This document shows, piece after piece, positions 57,853 to 64,000 of a stretch of 64,000 bases of DNA. The stretch comes from Armatimonadota bacterium. Its GTDB lineage: Bacteria; Armatimonadota; SYMT01. Where the stretch lies: positions 95,499 through 159,498 of the forward strand of contig JBKBRF010000008.1 in the NCBI GenBank assembly GCA_046292385.1. Reading direction: 5' to 3'. The notes beneath the pieces were generated by a model. That model was not told where the DNA came from, ran no database searches, and saw nothing but the letters and a program-made list of their open reading frames with translations. Numbering within the stretch: the stretch's first letter is position 1; the number at the start of each line of letters is the position of its first letter. Made by a program: the position numbers and the translations under genes.

Positions 57853-59166
57853 CTACTGCTCCTGCTCCCCGCCGCCGGTGTCGATCGGCTCCATCGGGTC
57901 GTAGCGGAGCGCCTCCGGGTCCTCGCCGGAGTCGAGCAGGTGCGCCAGCATGGTGAGCCCGTTCAGCACCATATAGCGATAGTAGACGCTCTGGTTCGGG
58001 TCGTCCACGCCGTCGGTATCTGCCAGTGCCATCCGGCAGGTGAGCAGGGGGTCCCGGCGGTCCAGCCAGTCGAGCTTCCGGGCGAGATCGGTGAGGCGGC
58101 CGCGGAAGAGCTCTCGCCGCTCCGGGGTCACCAGGGTGCGGACTGCTTCGTCGAGCTGCTCTCCCATCCGCTCCGAGACCAGCTCCGGACCGGCCTCCTC
58201 CTCGCCGACGGCGCTCCGGAACGTCTCCAGCCACGGCTTGCAGTCGGCCGGCTCCGGGCCCCAGCTGTCGATCGTCGGCAGCATCAGCAGCTCCTCGATG
58301 CGGCGGCCCAGCTCCGCCGGCTCCGGTAGCTCTTCCCGCGGGAAGCCGGCGCCGGGATCCGGGGGCGTGTACCCCTCCGGGGCGGGACCCATCAGCTCGT
58401 CCCACTGGTCCAGCCGGTTCTCCAGCGCAAAGCCGGTCTGCTCGTTCAGCGCCCGCGCGCGGTCGACCGACCAGCGGGCGTAGTCCGCCGGCACCTGGGC
58501 GGTCAGGACGCCTTCGTTGCGGAGGCGCTCCTGCAGGTTCTTCCACAGCCCGCTCCCGTAGGAGCTGAAGAACGCCTCCTTGACGCCGGCCTGGTCGTTC
58601 CAGGTGACCGGATGGAGGTACCACGCGCCGTACCGGTCCTGGAACCGTGCGAAGAGCTGCCGGCTGCCGGCGCCGTCGGAGGCCGACTCCCACGCTTCCC
58701 GCAGGGTGTAGGCGGGACCGCCCGCTTGCCGCGGCGCCTCTCCCTCCAGCTCCAGCCGGATTCCCTGGGCCTGCAGGGCGCGGACGCCGCTCCGCGCCAG
58801 CTCCGTGCGGTCTCCATCCGCCCATTCGCCCGCCAGGGCGAGCAGGGTCTCTCCCGCGGCGCGGGTGCCGGCGGCCGGCAGCGCCCGGAGCGCCGCCTGC
58901 GCGAGCTCGTCATCCTCCCCACGCGCGACCTGCTCCAGGACGGGCAGACCGTCCCGGCCCAGCCGCCGCGCGAGCAGGGTCAGCACCGCTTCGGCGCTAA
59001 GGCTCGGGAATGCCTCCTGCAGGCGGGCCACCAGCTCGCTGCCGGCAGCGCCGGACTCGATCGCGGAGCGCGCCTGAACGCTGAACTCATCCTGAGGAGT
59101 GCTGGGGGCACTGCCGCCCCGGGGCGCCGTTTTCCGCGCGCCGCCATGCTTCGTCTTTTTCGCCAT
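57853..59166 (-). CDS. Hypothetical protein with HEAT-like N-terminus (paralogue 1)
   Basis: Shares DGAGSR, WND..GV, DYARW and GY.PPDP with the upstream gene. Confidence 0.8.
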   Translation of the reverse strand: MAKKTKHGGARKTAPRGGSAPSTPQDEFSVQARSAIESGAAGSELVARLQEAFPSLSAEAVLTLLARRLGRDGLPVLEQVARGEDDELAQAALRALPAAGTRAAGETLLALAGEWADGDRTELARSGVRALQAQGIRLELEGEAPRQAGGPAYTLREAWESASDGAGSRQLFARFQDRYGAWYLHPVTWNDQAGVKEAFFSSYGSGLWKNLQERLRNEGVLTAQVPADYARWSVDRARALNEQTGFALENRLDQWDELMGPAPEGYTPPDPGAGFPREELPEPAELGRRIEELLMLPTIDSWGPEPADCKPWLETFRSAVGEEEAGPELVSERMGEQLDEAVRTLVTPERRELFRGRLTDLARKLDWLDRRDPLLTCRMALADTDGVDDPNQSVYYRYMVLNGLTMLAHLLDSGEDPEALRYDPMEPIDTGGGEQEQ

Positions 59167-59333
59167 ACCTGATTCCGCGGCTCTCGCGAGCCCTGGTCCA
59201 TTTCGTGAGGCCGTCCGGATGGACGGGGGCATACGCCCTGAAAACAAGCGGGTGGACCGCAAGTGCCGGGTTGGGAGCACGGCCGCCCAGGGGGGCGTAA
59301 CCTGCAGCGTGCCAACCTGAAACATTTGCGTGG

Positions 59334-60617
59334 CTACCGCCGCAGGCGCGGCCGCCGCCGGGCGGGGTCTTCGCCGCGCTGGAGCATCGCGACCGTCGCG
59401 AGGAGGGTCCGATCGACCAGCGCGAGATAGAACGGATGCTCCGCGGGCGCCATTCCCTCATCCGAGGAAAGCACCACGGCAGCCGCTCTCCGGGCCGTCT
59501 CATCCTGCCCGTGCCACGCCGCCGCCCGGGCGAGATCGAGCAGGCGGCCGCGGTAGCGCTGCAGCTCCGCATCCGTGAGCAGGCTCGCCTGCACCTCCGC
59601 GATCAGCTCCTTCAGCTCGGTCCGCGCGGTTTCGGAGTCGGTCTTCAGACGGATCCGGTTCTGGAGGTCGACCCACCGCTGCGCCCACGGCACGCAGTCC
59701 GCCGCGTCCAGAAACCAGCGGGCGACCTCCGGAGTCTGGAAGAGCTTCGGCGACTCCTCCACCAGCGCGCGGCGCTGCTCCTCCGGGAGCTCTCGCACGG
59801 CCGCTACCGGGTCGGGCGGCTCGTAGCCGTCCGGAGCGCCGCCCAGGATCTCGTCCCACTTGGCCAGCCCCTGCCGCACGTCGTCGGTATCCGCCTCGCC
59901 GATCCGGCGGGCGGCGGCGAGCTGCCAGCGGGCGTAGTCTGGCGGGCACGCCACCCACTGCAGCCCCCGGTCCTCGGAATGCTCCATCCGCTCGTGCCAC
60001 TCGTGGCGGCTCATCGGGCGCAGGAAGACGTCGCGAACGCCGCGCTCATCGTTCCAGAGCACGAAGAGCGCGTGCCAGACGCCGAACTGGTCCTGCATCC
60101 GGACGGCGATGCTGCGGGAGCCGGCGCCGTCCGGGGGACTGGTGAGTGTCTCCCGGAGCTGGAGGCGGGGCTCGGCGGAGGCGGGGGCGGTCTCTACCGC
60201 GAGGGGTACGTTGACGCCCCGCGCGCGGAGCGCCGCCGCGCCCTGGCGGGCCAGCTCCTTCAGCTCCTCCTCGGCGCGGGCCGCGTGGGCCTCCACCAGC
60301 ACGTCGCCGGCGGCGCGGGTGCCGAAGACCGGCAGCACGCGCAGCGCCGAGCGGGACAGCTCTTCACTCTCGGAGAGCGCGGCGGAGCGGAAGAGGGGCA
60401 GGACCTCCTTGCCCATTCCGCGGGCCAGCTCGCCCAGCACTCGCTCGCGCTCCTCCGCGGACTTCCGGGCGAGGGCGCCGAGCGTTGCCTTCAGGCCGTC
60501 CGGCACGCGCCGCAGCAGGGCGCGCATCTCCTGCGCCGCCGCGCTGTAGCTGGGAGCGGGCGGCACGGAGGGCCGAGAGCGTTCGGAGGATTTCCGGGTA
60601 CGGACATTCTTTCCCAT
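59334..60617 (-). CDS. Hypothetical protein with HEAT-like N-terminus (paralogue 2)
   Basis: Shares the same motif series with the downstream gene. Confidence 0.8.
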   Translation of the reverse strand: MGKNVRTRKSSERSRPSVPPAPSYSAAAQEMRALLRRVPDGLKATLGALARKSAEERERVLGELARGMGKEVLPLFRSAALSESEELSRSALRVLPVFGTRAAGDVLVEAHAARAEEELKELARQGAAALRARGVNVPLAVETAPASAEPRLQLRETLTSPPDGAGSRSIAVRMQDQFGVWHALFVLWNDERGVRDVFLRPMSRHEWHERMEHSEDRGLQWVACPPDYARWQLAAARRIGEADTDDVRQGLAKWDEILGGAPDGYEPPDPVAAVRELPEEQRRALVEESPKLFQTPEVARWFLDAADCVPWAQRWVDLQNRIRLKTDSETARTELKELIAEVQASLLTDAELQRYRGRLLDLARAAAWHGQDETARRAAAVVLSSDEGMAPAEHPFYLALVDRTLLATVAMLQRGEDPARRRPRLRR

Positions 60618-60855
60618 AGATGGCTCGTTACACGAGTTCGGCGAGGCCGGCGCCGCGTTCCGCGGCGCTGTAGCGATTCGTTTGGATCGGCCGGCCGGGT
60701 CGCCAACTCCTTCGCCCCGGTCCGGGCTCCCTCCTCCTGCCGGGGCGTCCTGTCGGCAAGCATCCGTGCCTGCGGCCGTCTTTACCCCAGCCGGCAAGCC
60801 CCCGTTTAGGAAGAAGCGGACTCCGGGGAAAGCCCAGTGGGAGGGACACGGAACG

Positions 60856-61170
60856 ATGAAGTATATTCTCACAGCCCTCGGCGGCGCGATCGTCGGCGCC
60901 GGCGCGGCACTGTTACTGGCTCCGCAGAGCGGTCGCTCGACCCGGAGCTTCCTGAAGCAGAAGGCGACGAAGTACGCGCACGAGATCCAGGACTTTACGG
61001 AGAGCAAGACGCGCCACCTGCGGAACAAGGCGAAGGGCATCCGCCACACCAGCGAGGAGGCGATGGAGAAGAGCCAGGAGATGATCGACCGCGGCCGCGA
61101 GATGGTCGGCGCCGGCACTGGCTCGATGTCGACCTCCAGCGACGGCTCGATGGGCCAGACCACGCTCTAG
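60856..61170 (+). CDS. YtxH domain protein
   Basis: GAIVGAGAALLLAPQSG..TR. Confidence 0.88.
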   Translation: MKYILTALGGAIVGAGAALLLAPQSGRSTRSFLKQKATKYAHEIQDFTESKTRHLRNKAKGIRHTSEEAMEKSQEMIDRGREMVGAGTGSMSTSSDGSMGQTTL

Positions 61171-61364
61171 CGCTGACCCGTAGAGACCCTCGTGAGCGGA
61201 GATTGCAGCAGGCGGATCAGGGGGAGCGCTCCGGAGTATCCGGGCGCTTCCCCTGCTTGCTCGCGTAAGTCGTGTGGTTAGCGCCTACTTCCCCGTCGGC
61301 CTGCCCCCGTTCGCGCGGCTCCTGCCGTCAGCTGGCGCTGCGTTAGGAAGCTCCTTCACTGCGC

Positions 61365-62855
61365 TCAGGCTGCCGGTCCCGGCGTCGGCTTTCCGGAGGT
61401 CATGCTCCACTTCAGGAGCGGTGGGGTGACGAGGGTGGTGACCATCACCACGATCACGACCGCGCTGAAGACGGAGGGGCTCACTACCGGGCGCATGGTG
61501 CCGTCCGCGGCGAGCACCTGGAGCGAGAGGCCGATGTTGGCGAAGATGAGGCCGACTTCCCCCCGGGGAATCATGCCCAGGCCCACCGCCAGCCGGTTCA
61601 GCCCGCGCTCCACCACGCCGAGAGCGCAGAGCTGCTTTCCGAGCACGGCGACCACCGTCAGCACCGCCGCGAAGCCGAGCACGCCGGGATTGGCCGCGGC
61701 GCGAAGGTCGACGTGCGTCCCCGTGACGACGAAGAAGACCGGCACCAGGAAGCCGCTGATCGGGTGGATCAACTCCTCCAGGCTGTGCTCGCCCCGGTCC
61801 CGGAAGTCCTGGTAGTGGACCGGATCGAGGATCAGCCCGGCCGCGAACGCCCCCACGATCGGCGCGAGCTCGATGGCGGAGGCGAGGCGCGCCAGCAGGA
61901 AGCAGAAGCCGAGGCTGGTCACCAGCAGCATGTGTCGCACGTTCAGATAGCTGGCGAAGCGGAAGAGGTGCGGCGAGAGGAAGCCTCCGATCACGATCGC
62001 CCCTACCAGGAACGCCAGCGCCTTCACCACGATCAACCCGATGTCGAACGGGGCGAGCGCGCCGCCTCCGGCCGCGGCGCGGATCAGTCCCTGCACCACG
62101 GCCAGCACCACCAGGCCCATCACGTCGTCGAGCACCGCGGCGCCGAGCACGATCTTCGACTCGGGCCGGTGGAGCTGGCCGAGATCTTTGAGCACGCGCG
62201 CGGTAATCCCGACGCTGGTGGCGCAGAGGGTGGCGCCGATAAAGACGTGGGTCCAGACCGACTCTTGCGGCAGGAAGAGCCGGGCCGCGCCCCACCCCAG
62301 GAGCCCGGGTGCCACGACGCCGAGCGTGGCGACCAGCAGCGACGAGACGCCGACGCGCCGCATCTCCTGCACGTTGCTCTCCAGGCCGACCTCGAACAGC
62401 AGCAGGATCACCCCCAGCTCGCTGAGTGCCAGGATCGCCTCGTTGGTGCGGAGGAAGTCGAGCCCGTGGAACCCCACCTGCCCGAGATTGCCGAGAAGCA
62501 TCCCGACCAGAATCTCGCCGAGCACCGCCGGCTGGCCGATCCGCTCGAACAGCTCGCCGCCCAGCTTGGCGCCGATCAGGATCAGGATCAGGGCCAGCAG
62601 GAGCTGGTTGATCTGGCCCCCGTGCCCCGCCGACTCATCCTCTGCCTGCACTCCATGAGACGGATCGCTCGTCAGCGCGCGGTGCCCGGCGGGTGGGGTG
62701 CGCGTGGGGCTGTCCGGAGCTGCGGCGTGCGCGGCCTGCGGCGGCGCGCCGGGGTCGGGCTGCGCGCCGGCGGGCAGCCAGGCGGACAGGAGGGTGAGGA
62801 GAAGCGCGAAGAGCCAGAGTGCTCCGCGCCGGCGGGGGCCGAGAGGGAAGGACAT
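61365..62855 (-). CDS. Cation:proton antiporter (CPA2/NhaS3-like)
   Basis: QPAVLGE, LFEVGLE, ATSVGIT, AAVLDD and GMIPRGEVGLIFA. Confidence 0.94.
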   Translation of the reverse strand: MSFPLGPRRRGALWLFALLLTLLSAWLPAGAQPDPGAPPQAAHAAAPDSPTRTPPAGHRALTSDPSHGVQAEDESAGHGGQINQLLLALILILIGAKLGGELFERIGQPAVLGEILVGMLLGNLGQVGFHGLDFLRTNEAILALSELGVILLLFEVGLESNVQEMRRVGVSSLLVATLGVVAPGLLGWGAARLFLPQESVWTHVFIGATLCATSVGITARVLKDLGQLHRPESKIVLGAAVLDDVMGLVVLAVVQGLIRAAAGGGALAPFDIGLIVVKALAFLVGAIVIGGFLSPHLFRFASYLNVRHMLLVTSLGFCFLLARLASAIELAPIVGAFAAGLILDPVHYQDFRDRGEHSLEELIHPISGFLVPVFFVVTGTHVDLRAAANPGVLGFAAVLTVVAVLGKQLCALGVVERGLNRLAVGLGMIPRGEVGLIFANIGLSLQVLAADGTMRPVVSPSVFSAVVIVVMVTTLVTPPLLKWSMTSGKPTPGPAA

Positions 62856-63019
62856 TCGGTGGTCGTCTGCGCGTTTCGTCGGCCGGGAGCGTAGGTCCCT
62901 CTGCCGCAGGGGAAGTAGTACCGCGGAACAAGTCACGGGCGGCGGTCCGTGCAAGACCGCCGGCCAGTGTAACATATTGCCGGCGGAGCCCGGCGGCGAA
63001 ATGAGGAGCGGCGAGAGAC

Positions 63020-63673
63020 GTGTGTCGACGAGTGCTCGGGTGCGGGGTGGTGCTGTTACTCCTGTTAGTCGCGGCGGTCGGGCTCGTCTACTACGATCTC
63101 ACCCGCTCCGAGGCGCCCGGACCGGGGGAAGTCGATCCCCGCGTCACCGCCGACGCTCCCGCGGAGCGGGTCGAGACGCGGCAGTCGGCCCGGGAGATCT
63201 CCCGGCGCATCTCGCGCGAGGTGAACGAGGCGCTGCACCCGCAGCGGGGCGACCCGGATCCGGGCCGACTCAGCCTGCGCATCACCGAGCAAGAAGCGAA
63301 CACGCTCCTGCTCGGCACTCCCGAGGTGCAGCAGACGCTGGCACAGCAGAAGATCGAGGACGCTCGGATCCGGATGGAGCCGGGCCAGCTCCGGATCACC
63401 GGCCGGGTGCCGGTCTTCGGCGGCTTCGAGACGCGCTTCTCGATCGTCGGGAACCTGCGCGCGGAGAATGGCGAGCTGCGGCACGAGCTGCGCGACGTCT
63501 CAATCGGGAGCTTCCCGGCGCCGCAGCGGCTTACGGCGGAGCTGGAGAAGCAGCTCGGCCTCTCCCTGGAGCAGTTGAATGCGAACCTGCCGTTCGAGGT
63601 GGAGCAGGTCCAGATCACGGAGGAAGCGATCCTCCTCGAGGGGCAGGCGAGGCCGGGCTCGACGGCGAGGTGA
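63020..63673 (+). CDS. Membrane-anchored hypothetical protein (YpmS/LmeA-like lipid-binding fold possible)
   Basis: N-terminal TM helix, ITEQE.N and a beta-rich C-terminus. Confidence 0.65.
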   Translation: MCRRVLGCGVVLLLLLVAAVGLVYYDLTRSEAPGPGEVDPRVTADAPAERVETRQSAREISRRISREVNEALHPQRGDPDPGRLSLRITEQEANTLLLGTPEVQQTLAQQKIEDARIRMEPGQLRITGRVPVFGGFETRFSIVGNLRAENGELRHELRDVSIGSFPAPQRLTAELEKQLGLSLEQLNANLPFEVEQVQITEEAILLEGQARPGSTAR

Positions 63674-64000
63674 CGATCCGGCGGCGCCGGGGCGCTGAAT
63701 GGTGCCTCCGGTAAGTGGTGACAGGATCTGACGCTCCTCGTGGAGGCGCGATCCCGTGCCGGCGCGCGCTTTCGTCGAGCCGAGCCCGCAGGATGGAGTC
63801 GACTTCACCCCGCAGGAAGGGCCGCGCAAGGATACTGTTGGCGAAATCAGCGGGGCAGGAGGATCTTCGTGGCCGACCGCTTCGGCGAGATTCCCCTGGC
63901 GGGGAAGCGGTGGCAAGTGTCACACGCTGTAAAGTTGGTGCGCCCCGGGGCGCAGAGTATGTTTTGCCGGCTGCAGGGCGGGTACTCGCTTTACAGCCGG

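Overview
A very GC-rich bacterial chromosomal segment. The gene content (DUF1501, DUF4058, PQQ-like and SBBP propellers, YtxH, a Gram-positive-type LexA box) suggests a soil Armatimonadota-like organism; this is inference only. Housekeeping loci are fba, tRNA-Lys/Leu/Gly-tig, folC, tRNA-Ala, rpsO-pnp, moeA and tdh. The window also has a Rieske/cytochrome b-c complex followed by an MlrC peptidase, a vWA-FHA-PP2C-Ser/Thr kinase-TPR signalling operon, several secreted beta-propeller or metalloprotease proteins, a stand-alone cyanophycin-synthetase N-domain and two tandem paralogue pairs of unknown function. I found no intact transposase, integrase, CRISPR array or prophage. The most striking unexplained signal is non-coding: a ~250-300 nt element present in three diverged copies (two inverted at 2.1-2.8 kb, one at 28.4-28.7 kb). 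Three of its helices show compensatory base changes around a conserved GCUA/GUGAAA internal loop, making it a candidate multi-copy structured RNA or mobile element. Intergenic regions also carry many REP-like palindromes and 6-9-mer tandem-repeat hairpins.
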